Positions 57,173-64,000 of a DNA stretch of 64,000 bases are shown here, piece after piece. Origin of the DNA: Phycisphaerae bacterium. GTDB taxonomy: Bacteria; Planctomycetota; Phycisphaerae; UBA1845. Numbering within the stretch: the first letter of the stretch is position 1; every line of letters starts with the position of its first letter. Location: positions 7,915 through 71,914 of the forward strand of contig JAGFJJ010000068.1 of assembly GCA_024102815.1 (NCBI GenBank), in the 5' to 3' direction. The notes below the pieces were generated by a model. That model saw nothing but the letters and a program-made list of their open reading frames with translations. It ran no database searches and had not been told where the DNA came from. The position numbers and the translations under genes were made by a program.

Positions 57173-58257
57173 CCAGAACCACCCTTACCGTATTCCTTGG
57201 CCAAGTCCTCGGCAATGCCCGCCACTTTGCGCTCGGTCCGGTCGATGATCTTGAACAGTTTCTCATTGTGTGCCTGTAGCTTCTCTGCCTCCTCCAGCAT
57301 CTCGGACAGCCGCCGGTAATCGTAGCGCAGCGTCGCCCTTCGGGCTTCGAGCGTCAGGTCTTTGATCCTCCGTTCGTTCTCCGCGACCGCGGCGTCCAGT
57401 CGTTCCAGCCGCTTGTCGAGGCGCATCTCATGGTAGCGCGCGGAAAGCTCATTCGATGCCTTCTTCCGAGCCGCCGCCGGTAGTCGCCTGACGATATGCC
57501 GCAACTCGTCGATCCTTGCGGCGTGTCCCTCGCGTACGTGGTGCGCCCGTTCCCGAAGGCGCGCCAGGCGCTCGGTCAGCCACCCCTCGGCCGGCAACAA
57601 CCGGCGGAGCTGCTCGACGATCTGCGTTCCCTGCTGCGGATGCTCGACAAAGACATCCGTCTCCTGTCGCAAGCCCATCAAGGCGCTGCGGATTCTGTCA
57701 CCTACTTGGCGGTCCTCGTAGAGATCGCGCATGTCATGGCGCACATCTGCCAGCTCCGGTCCAACCGAAGCCGGAATGAGACGTCCCGGGGGGCCGTGGC
57801 CGTGCAGGTGAATCAGAAACGCCACGATCCCGACGATCAGCGCAACGATGGCAAGCGTCTGGACAATTTCGGTTGCGATCATCCAGTCGAATCCCAGCAC
57901 CCATGCCACCAGGATGCTCGCGCCGAAGGCGATTCCCGCGCCGGCCCAGGAGCCGCCGGTCCGACGGATGCCCTGGAACATGATCATGGCCAGCAGGATC
58001 ACCGCGAAACCGATGGCGATCGGCCCGAGATTCCGAACCGACCACCCGTGCTGGTGTTCCCACCAGACCAAACCGATGGCCAGGGCCAATCCCAGGGCCG
58101 CCGACATGGCCACCGCAGGCTTCTGGTGATCAAAGCGCTTGCCCAACACCGCGTAAGCGAGCGCGGTGAAAAAGGCAAACGCAAGCACGAAATCCGGAAG
58201 AAGTGATTCGAAGAACGGCCTGATTGCAGGGGTCGCGAGCGGATTCGTAGGACTCAT
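57169..58257 (-). CDS. polytopic membrane protein with cytoplasmic coiled-coil tail
   Basis: Five or six hydrophobic helices in the N-terminal 170 aa, followed by a helical charged region. Confidence 0.65.
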   Translation of the reverse strand: MSPTNPLATPAIRPFFESLLPDFVLAFAFFTALAYAVLGKRFDHQKPAVAMSAALGLALAIGLVWWEHQHGWSVRNLGPIAIGFAVILLAMIMFQGIRRTGGSWAGAGIAFGASILVAWVLGFDWMIATEIVQTLAIVALIVGIVAFLIHLHGHGPPGRLIPASVGPELADVRHDMRDLYEDRQVGDRIRSALMGLRQETDVFVEHPQQGTQIVEQLRRLLPAEGWLTERLARLRERAHHVREGHAARIDELRHIVRRLPAAARKKASNELSARYHEMRLDKRLERLDAAVAENERRIKDLTLEARRATLRYDYRRLSEMLEEAEKLQAHNEKLFKIIDRTERKVAGIAEDLAKEYGKGGSG

Positions 58258-58275
58258 AGGGCCTCTGTGGAGGTC

Positions 58276-58527
58276 CTAGTATATATATCTTGCTGTTTCG
58301 ACACTCACCGTATTGAACGGTTTCCGGCAGCGCTGGCACACGATCTTGTCTTCCCTTGTTCCCCTCGGTATGCCGATTTCAAGCCCACAAACGGGGCAAC
58401 CGGTGACGTAGAACTCCTTCAGCATGCGCTCACCCCGTTGCGTCCTGAACGCCACGGCATCGCCAGGGTCCGTGACTCGCCCCAGTTCCCAGAGACGATC
58501 GTCGATGATGTACTCCACGCCGCGCAA
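58276..58527 (-). CDS. small zinc-ribbon protein (start uncertain; may be the 49-aa form from ATG 58425)
   Basis: CPVCG...CQRCRKPF. The track start is TTG. Confidence 0.35.
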   Translation of the reverse strand: MRGVEYIIDDRLWELGRVTDPGDAVAFRTQRGERMLKEFYVTGCPVCGLEIGIPRGTREDKIVCQRCRKPFNTVSVETARYIY

Positions 58528-58695
58528 GCGGACGCGTGGCAGCCAGCGTGGGCCTGAGTATCGTTGTATTGTCTACGTCATGTTGCATTCCTCCCGGCCG
58601 AACCACTCTATTGGCGGTTCGTCCAGGCGATTCGTGAACCGCTGCATCCCGGACGATCGCCTGAATGCCCGACCGAGTACCGGCGAGGTGCCAGT

Positions 58696-58953
58696 GAGAG
58701 TAGCGTTCCACTGGAACCCTTATTATAATATGTATATCCCTTCTACTACTTACTACTACTATCAAAAGACAACGCTTATAAACCCCGCCCCATAGATCAC
58801 AACCCACGTTGCCACTACTCGGTAGTAACGCGGTGGCCGCCAGCGCACGAGCCGCTTCGGACGTTCCACTGGAACGTTACTCTGGGTGAGGATCGAAGCC
58901 TTTATATACCAGCTGTTCCACTGAAGGCATGTGGAGGTGGTTTTCCAATGGAA
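58696..58953. other. putative Orc1/Cdc6-dependent replication origin: inverted ORB-like boxes flanking an AT-rich unwinding region
   Basis: AGAGTAGC-GTTCCACTGGAAC (58696..58717) and, inverted, GTTCCACTGGAAC-GTTACTCT (58863..58884) bracket 145 bp. That span contains TTATTATAATATGTATAT and a (TAC)n tract, and it is far more AT-rich than its surroundings. Weaker copies: GTTCCACTGAAGG (58915..58927) and TTCCAATGGAA (58943..58953, overlapping the orc1 ATG). Confidence 0.6.
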
Positions 58954-60195
58954 TCAGCAACCGTGCGCAGCAAAATACTCGGCCGGATACGGCACATGGC
59001 CAGAAGCGCCATCATCAGAGACCGGCGCTTTCTGGACGACGAGCAACTGATTCGCTCCGAGCAACTGGCCGTCCTGGAGGAGATTTTCAACGCCAATGTG
59101 CGCGACGCCGAAATCCAGGAACTCAGCAGCCATTTCGCCGGCATCCTGCGCGGTGACCATCCATGCCATCTGGCCATATGGGGCAAGACCGGTACGGGCA
59201 AGACGCTGACGTTGAGCTTTTTTCTGAACCTGTTGGCCGAGATGGCCCGTGCGAGGCACGTTGCGCTTCGTCACGAGCAGCTTGACGTCTCGACGCCCAG
59301 GCCCTGTTTCCGGGCGCTCAACGATCTCGCCTGCCTGCTCGGTGCAAGCAAGCGCTACAAGAAGGGCATCTCGCTCGAGGAGCTGATGCTCCGGATCGAA
59401 GCCAAGCTCGCCGGCTACGACGGCTACCTGATCCTCTTCATTGATGAAGTCGACAATGTGCGGCGCGATCGTGACACCTTCCTGACCTTTCTGGTTCGCC
59501 GGCTTCCGCAGCGCATCAAGGCCAGACTCGTCCTCGTGTTTGCCTCCAACCGGCTCAACTGGCCGGACCACTTGGACCCGCGCGTGAAGTCGTTTCTCAA
59601 GCTCAACGAGCTGATCTTCAAGCCCTACGACGCGGTCGACCTCCAGTACATCCTGCGCATTCGCGTGGAAAAGGCGCTGAACCCCAATACCGTGGAGCCG
59701 GGCGTCATCGAGAAGATCGCCGCGATGGCCAGCCAGGACCATGGCGACGCCCGGAAGGCCGTCGCCCTGCTCGCCAAGAGCGCGTATCTCGCCGAGAAGG
59801 CCGGTAGCGCCATCACGCTTGACCTGGTCGACAGCGCCGCGGCCGAGCTGGACCGCGATCGCTATCTCACCTTGCTGCGCTCCGCACCGACACAACTCCA
59901 GGCGGCCATGGCCGCAGTGATCGAAGCGACCCGCCGATCCAACGGCATGCCCATCGGCACCGGCGAGGCCTACGACGCCTACAACCGGTTCTGCCGACGG
60001 GTCGGGCTGCGGGGGATGACGGGGCGCGCATTCGGCGACCTGCTCGCCGAGCTGGATATCTATTCGCTGATTCGCAGTCGCATCCTCTCCCGCGGGCGCT
60101 ACGGCCGCACGCGCGAAATCACCATCGACCTGCCGCAGGAACTCGTCGAAAAAATCGACGGTACCATCCGGATGAACTTCGACGTCCATGGCTGA
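58948..60195 (+). CDS. Orc1/Cdc6-family AAA+ initiator protein
   Basis: LAIWGKTGTGKT (Walker A), LILFIDEVD (Walker B), VFASN (sensor 1), HGDARKAVALL. C-terminal winged-helix RGRYGRTREITIDL. GGAGG upstream. Confidence 0.9.
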   Translation: MESATVRSKILGRIRHMARSAIIRDRRFLDDEQLIRSEQLAVLEEIFNANVRDAEIQELSSHFAGILRGDHPCHLAIWGKTGTGKTLTLSFFLNLLAEMARARHVALRHEQLDVSTPRPCFRALNDLACLLGASKRYKKGISLEELMLRIEAKLAGYDGYLILFIDEVDNVRRDRDTFLTFLVRRLPQRIKARLVLVFASNRLNWPDHLDPRVKSFLKLNELIFKPYDAVDLQYILRIRVEKALNPNTVEPGVIEKIAAMASQDHGDARKAVALLAKSAYLAEKAGSAITLDLVDSAAAELDRDRYLTLLRSAPTQLQAAMAAVIEATRRSNGMPIGTGEAYDAYNRFCRRVGLRGMTGRAFGDLLAELDIYSLIRSRILSRGRYGRTREITIDLPQELVEKIDGTIRMNFDVHG

Positions 60196-60233
60196 CCGAC
60201 CCCGCGTTACATCGATGTAAGAGTACGGGCCCG

Positions 60234-60539
60234 TCAGAGGACCCGTTCCTCCTCAACCGCCGCGGTCACCTCATCGTTGGCCTTCGGGGTACCCGCCGGT
60301 TTCTCAATCATGGCCTCGAACGCCTTCTGCAACACGTAGATCGCCAATGGGATCTCGTTCCTTGCAAAGCTCTGCGAGCTCCGCCAGTTGCCCGCCGAGT
60401 CCGTGTAGCGCCTGGCCACGGTCGCCTTCAAAATCGTGCCCGAATGCCCCTTCATCTGCACCTTGTTCTCCCATAGCGCGCCCTCGACTTGGCCCGCACG
60501 GAAGCGTTGTATTGGTTCGTTGCTCTCCATCTTTTCCAC
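60234..60539 (-). CDS. small protein, tandem paralogue 1 (possibly PC4/ssDNA-binding-like; weak)
   Basis: RFRAGQVEGALWENK...KATVARRYTDSAGNWRSSQSFARNEIPLAIYVLQKAFEAM. Likely start ATG 60530. Confidence 0.55.
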   Translation of the reverse strand: MEKMESNEPIQRFRAGQVEGALWENKVQMKGHSGTILKATVARRYTDSAGNWRSSQSFARNEIPLAIYVLQKAFEAMIEKPAGTPKANDEVTAAVEEERVL

Positions 60540-60555
60540 CTCGAAGCCAGCCGTC

Positions 60556-60870
60556 TTACGCGGCCGACCTCTTCACACCGAGTCGAAGAGGTTCGGTCGT
60601 CTTCGCCTCTATCGCCCGGGCAATCTCATGATCGATCTGCATGTCGACCATCGCCTCGAAAGCCCTCCTGAGCACATCGATCGCCAAAAGGGTCTCACTT
60701 GGCGAAAACCGGAAGGATTGCTTCCAATATCCATAGCGATCGCGGTACCGTTTCGCCACCGTCACCTTCAGCGTGCGCTCCGCCGTACTGCTTCCGTAGG
60801 TCCCATTTTCCCAGATCGCACATGTTACCTGACCGGCGCGGAACACCCGTACTGGTTGCCTCGTTTCCAT
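60556..60870 (-). CDS. small protein, tandem paralogue 2
   Basis: VFRAGQVTCAIWENG...KVTVAKRYRDRYGYWKQSFRFSPSETLLAIDVLRRAFEAM. Internal ATG 60870. The upstream sequence CACCTCGAA(G/C)CC is also duplicated. Confidence 0.55.
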   Translation of the reverse strand: METRQPVRVFRAGQVTCAIWENGTYGSSTAERTLKVTVAKRYRDRYGYWKQSFRFSPSETLLAIDVLRRAFEAMVDMQIDHEIARAIEAKTTEPLRLGVKRSAA

Positions 60871-60952
60871 AGTTGTCACCTCGAACCCCATCGACTGCCG
60901 CGACAGGGCTCTTCGCGCCAGCTTGAAGAGGCCTTGACGCCGCTTGGACGAA

Positions 60953-61516
60953 CTAATCGTCTTGCTCCGCCGCTGCCCGTCTAGCCTCCCAAGCGGCACG
61001 CCTCAGCCCACGGATCCTACGACGCAGCGTCCTTGCCCGCAGATACCATCGTGCGAATGCCCACTGACTCCAATCGTCGAAGTAATCCGCCTCCACGTTG
61101 AACATGTGGATCATCCTCAGCGCCTCACCACGTGCTTCGTTAGCCAGACGTTGTGAAACGACGCCCAGCATGATGACAGCGTTCCTCAGATCCTCCTCAA
61201 GCTCCTGTGCCAAGCGCAAGCCCGGGTTGAACGTCGGCCTCAATCTGTCGAAGTCGACGGTTCCAAAGGCCCCCCAATCGAGCTTGTTATTCCCATCTAA
61301 CTGCGGGCGAATCAAAGGGCGCTTCCATGTGATCGGAATCGCCAGTATCGGGCCCCACTCGGCGATCATCACCTGCCGCTCCAACTCATCGGGATCGGCC
61401 AGCTCTTCGTCCTCCAATCCCGGCACGCTCCCGTACCCTGTGCCTCGCTCCACCTTCAGCAGGGCTGATTCTGCAACGACCACTCCTCCCTCAATCCATC
61501 CTTCTTCCGTCTTCAT
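60953..61516 (-). CDS. hypothetical protein
   Basis: Internal ATG 61516 (MKTEEGWIEGG...) is preceded by GGAGG. Confidence 0.5.
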   Translation of the reverse strand: MKTEEGWIEGGVVVAESALLKVERGTGYGSVPGLEDEELADPDELERQVMIAEWGPILAIPITWKRPLIRPQLDGNNKLDWGAFGTVDFDRLRPTFNPGLRLAQELEEDLRNAVIMLGVVSQRLANEARGEALRMIHMFNVEADYFDDWSQWAFARWYLRARTLRRRIRGLRRAAWEARRAAAEQDD

Positions 61517-61597
61517 GTTATGTACCTCCAGCCACCCCGACCAAGCGTCGGTTCGCCTGCCTGGCCAGTGAACCGGCGCCACCAGCCAGCCCCCATC

Positions 61598-61810
61598 CTT
61601 GTAGGCGGCGGGAGATCTTCTCGTGGGCCACTCGATAAACCTTTAGGACCATAGGCCGACCTGCAGCCGACGGGGAAAAGTTTACGAAAGCGGTCCGCCA
61701 CCCAAGTGGGCGGCACCGCTCGATAAACTTTTGGCCCATGCGTTGACCCGTCGGGCTGCAGGGAAAGGTTTACGAAGTGGGTTCCACATCCAACTCCCGC
61801 CGCCTACAAG
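61598..61810. repeat. 213-bp imperfect palindrome closed by perfect 17-bp inverted arms
   Basis: CTTGTAGGCGGCGGGAG (61598..61614) is the exact reverse complement of CTCCCGCCGCCTACAAG (61794..61810). Inner units 61633..61688 and 61721..61776 (CGATAAAC[C/T]TTT...AAA[A/G]GTTTACGAA) are reverse complements of each other, with compensating changes. Confidence 0.7.
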
Positions 61811-61933
61811 ATCTCTTGTACAACACGCCTTCTACCGCCTGGCTCCTGCGTGCGCCTGCGCTGATTCCAGACGTCCAACCGACCTGTACATGGGAGTCCG
61901 CGCGGGCCCGGAACCCGGTCCAAGCCGACCCGC

Positions 61934-62143
61934 TCAAATCCACTGTTCAAGCCTCAGACGCAAGCGCTCCTTGACGTCGTCAGCCTCAGCCATGGCAGCC
62001 AACTCTTGTTTGACCTCCAGCTGCTCACTCGGTGTAAGCATGTCGTCTAGCCCGCAACACTTGAGTGCCTCATCAAGATTGCCTGCTACTGCTCCGTGTG
62101 TCCGAACGAATTCCACGACGGCTCTCAGTTTGTAATGATTCAT
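61934..62143 (-). CDS. hypothetical small protein
   Basis: GGAGG 9 nt upstream of ATG 62143. 69 aa, helical and acidic. Confidence 0.5.
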   Translation of the reverse strand: MNHYKLRAVVEFVRTHGAVAGNLDEALKCCGLDDMLTPSEQLEVKQELAAMAEADDVKERLRLRLEQWI

Positions 62144-62270
62144 CTTCGTTTACCTCCGCCTGCAACCGCTCATTGGCGGTTCGCTCGATTCCCGGCGAAC
62201 CGACCAGGAGTGGACTCGCACCTGGAGATTCGCACCCGGGCGGCGGGACAAACCAGTCAAGCAGACCCCT

Positions 62271-62334
62271 CGTTAAACGTTTAGGCTCGTGGCTTCAGGT
62301 AGGGCCGACCCGGTCCCCGGGGAAACGTTTACGA
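62271..62334. repeat. third, self-complementary copy of the TAAAC-N-TTT...AAA-N-GTTTACGA unit
   Basis: CGTTAAACGTTTAGG...GGCCGACC...GGGGAAACGTTTACGA. The outer 9-mers TAAACGTTT/AAACGTTTA are perfect complements. It shares the inner GGCCGACC with unit 1. Confidence 0.55.
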
Positions 62335-63333
62335 TTAGGGAGTCTGCGTGGCGTCGCGCCGCGAAATCCGGGTGCACCTGATACGTATCTGTGCAGGACG
62401 AACGGCGTCGTCTCCACCGCCCCCAAACCGTGGCGAGACCACGATTTCGACATGGGAACGCGCCCTCGCCCCGCGACTGCAACCTCGCAAATGGAGCGGT
62501 AAGCAAATCCTCGCAGGAGAAGTGGATCAGCTACTACCACACTACTTATTATTCGATTTTCTGCACCAGCCATAACTCCTGCCCCGGCAAGGGTTTGGCT
62601 TATCGGCATGAGTACGTTAAAAGTACGATTCGGCGAGCCTCAACTCGCGATAAGCGCACAGTTCGGCACGACTTAGTGTACGGTTTCGGTGGATAGAGTC
62701 CGCGCTGTCCACACGGAGCGGGGCGGACCTTCCGGAATGGCCGGGGCGTCCGTCGGGTGCGCTTGCTTGCAGAGCGGGAAGCCGGACGCGTCACCGAGCA
62801 ATGCACCCCACCATCGACCTCGATCGCGCGCGCCCTCCTGACATCAGTCATCCGCCTCCGTCGCCCGCACCGGCGGGTGGAAGCCGCATGAACCGTCGTC
62901 GGTGCGGTGGCGTTGAACTGCGTGGCCGAGCGACTACATGCCCCGTCTACCGCCACATTGGCGCGCACGCTAACCCTCGTCACCTGCCACGGGAGCACCA
63001 GCCCAGACTCGCGAAACGCCGGCCCCTCAACCTCCTGCCGGCCAGCGGGCTGGACGCGGTGTCTCGGCTGGCCCAAGGTGGTCCACGGGCACGTTCGCCC
63101 GTCGTCCAGGGGTAGCCAGATCAAGATGCGGGACGCCGCGCATTTCGCACGCGAATCGCGGTTGATAGAATGCTCGCGGCGGTGTGCGCGTCGGTCTCGC
63201 CGGTTGGAGCACCGAGTTTCTGTTCCGTCGTTGCGATGTTGCCCGGTTGGGTCGGCCAACCGAATCCCAAGCGCCCCCGCCGAGACAATGTTCGGCTCCG
63301 AACAAGGTGAGGCATCTGGCTGGAGCAGCCGCC

Positions 63334-64000
63334 ATGAGTCAAACCGGAGGAAACGAGTCACCCCTACACGTCGCCGTAGAATACGACAGCACATCGCGCC
63401 GCATGGTGATTTGCGTTCTCGGAGGCGCCTCGCATTCGCAGGTCTACGATGCGCAGACCGAAGCAGACATCCTGAATCGTCTCCGGCTCATCAGCTCTGC
63501 CGGACGAGATGTGAATAGTGCTCTTACGACCGACCCGCGTCCGGTCGATGCGGCCGCGGGGCGAAGGAGCCCGCAGTCAAGAGATCTGGAGGCGCTGGGC
63601 AAAACGCTGGGGAGCTTCCTGTTCGGCGGCGAGGTTGGCGAAGAAACCCGCGAGCGGCTTCGAGCCGCGCGACAGCAGGACAAGACACTGAACATCCGTC
63701 TCACGGTGAACAACCCGTGCCTGGAGTTCTTGCCTTGGGAAACCGCCTCGATCTCAGCAGAGTCGGGGGAGGAGGCGATTCCGCTGTGTTGGCTCTCAGG
63801 CGTGCAGCTACTGCGAGCCGGCCGCACTGGGTCACGTGGCCAAGGCATCGCAGGGCGCCTCGAGGTAGGTGTAATCATCGAGGACCCCGGCTACGTGGGG
63901 GAGATTCAGCGGCTTCGCGAAGCCGTGCAGGATTCGCATGCTCGCGATCTGTACTTGGAAGAACCGCTGGTGGAGCAAGGCTGGTCCTCGGTCTTCGGAC
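63334..64000 (+). CDS. hypothetical protein, N-terminal part only (runs off the right edge; absent from ORF track)
   Basis: Hand translation from ATG 63334 (MSQTGGNESPLHVAVEYDSTSRRMVICVLGG...LEALGKTLGSFLFGGEVGEETRERLRAARQQDKTLNIRLTVNNPCLEFLPWETA...) is stop-free to 64000 (222 codons). GGAG lies 8 nt upstream. The LG..L...L......L.I.L......L..LPWE pattern is reminiscent of N-terminal regions of CHAT-type proteins, but the match is weak. Confidence 0.5.
   Translation, partial: MSQTGGNESPLHVAVEYDSTSRRMVICVLGGASHSQVYDAQTEADILNRLRLISSAGRDVNSALTTDPRPVDAAAGRRSPQSRDLEALGKTLGSFLFGGEVGEETRERLRAARQQDKTLNIRLTVNNPCLEFLPWETASISAESGEEAIPLCWLSGVQLLRAGRTGSRGQGIAGRLEVGVIIEDPGYVGEIQRLREAVQDSHARDLYLEEPLVEQGWSSVFG

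Larger units (their letters stand above)
43305..62334. mobile_element. plasmid/ICE-like module (boundaries not defined in this window)
   Basis: Co-occurrence of an Orc1/Cdc6 gene with an origin-like site, two DUF2958 genes, a CobS/CobT-like pair, a HerA/FtsK-type ATPase and many small zinc-ribbon/wHTH genes. A replication-relaxation gene lies at 16633. No integrase or att repeats seen. Confidence 0.3.

Noticed and set aside
58954-60189. 411-aa minus-strand ORF.
   Set aside because: It is exactly antisense to the Orc1/Cdc6 gene, which has unambiguous AAA+ motifs. This is a typical shadow ORF of high-GC DNA.
60207-60234. Perfect palindromes TTACATCGATGTAA and ACGGGCCCGT lie between the convergent orc1 and 60234..60539 genes. 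They were considered as a bidirectional terminator.
   Set aside because: They have no loop and no flanking T/A tracts, so I cannot support an intrinsic terminator call.
62690-62740. GGATAGAGTCCGCGCTGTCCACACGGAGCGG looked faintly like the RNase P RNA GGAAAGUCCGGGCU and CUGUCCACGACAGAA boxes.
   Set aside because: The other universally conserved RNase P elements (for example GGUAAGGGUGAAAGGGUG and ACAGAA..GGCUUA) are absent, and the two boxes are in the wrong order and spacing.
62600-63518. Long ORFs 62600..63394 (minus) and 62907..63518 (plus).
   Set aside because: They overlap each other, are Arg/Pro/Ser-rich and have no SD or recognisable motifs. Treated as non-coding or decayed.
1-64000. 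Search for CRISPR arrays, rRNA, integrase or recombinase genes, and flanking direct repeats (att sites).
   Set aside because: None seen. The repeats found are palindromes or ORB-like boxes, not regularly spaced direct repeats. The boundaries of the mobile element cannot be set from this window.

Overview
High-GC (about 60%) bacterial DNA. GGAGG-type Shine-Dalgarno sites and a sigma-54 activator argue for Bacteria. I found no rRNA, tRNA, CRISPR array, integrase or complete transposase. The window has three parts.

(1) 1-16353, minus strand: a run of 14 tightly packed, often translationally coupled genes (ATGA/GTGA overlaps). It opens with a JAB/JAMM peptidase, an E2-like protein and an E1/ThiF-like protein. 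It continues with a 926-aa HerA/FtsK-type ATPase, two coiled-coil proteins, a WD40-like protein, a Hanks Ser/Thr kinase, an HTH protein, a Lon-like protease and three copies of an unrecognised ~170-aa domain. No ubiquitin-like gene or nucleotide cyclase is visible. This is my best candidate for an undescribed conflict or defence system.

(2) 22210-42770, plus strand: a defence island. It begins with an RtcR-type (CARF-like) sigma-54 activator. Next come a type I R-M operon (hsdR/M/S plus a coupled membrane coiled-coil gene), a catalytically dead pAgo with SIR2 and DUF4209 partners, a DUF2130 protein, a cyclase-like protein, and an ABC/AAA ATPase with an unknown partner. Two good sigma-54 promoter matches sit in front of hsdR and the DUF2130 gene.

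(3) 43-63 kb: a plasmid- or ICE-like module. It carries a GHKL ATPase, CobS-like AAA and CobT-like vWA proteins, two DUF2958 genes, and a second HerA-like ATPase fused to a nuclease-like domain. It also carries an Orc1/Cdc6 gene preceded by inverted archaeal ORB-like boxes around an AT-rich stretch, and unusual long palindromes.

Two open-ended ORFs at the window edges are missing from the ORF track and were found by hand translation. All family calls rest on motif recognition by eye, not on database searches.
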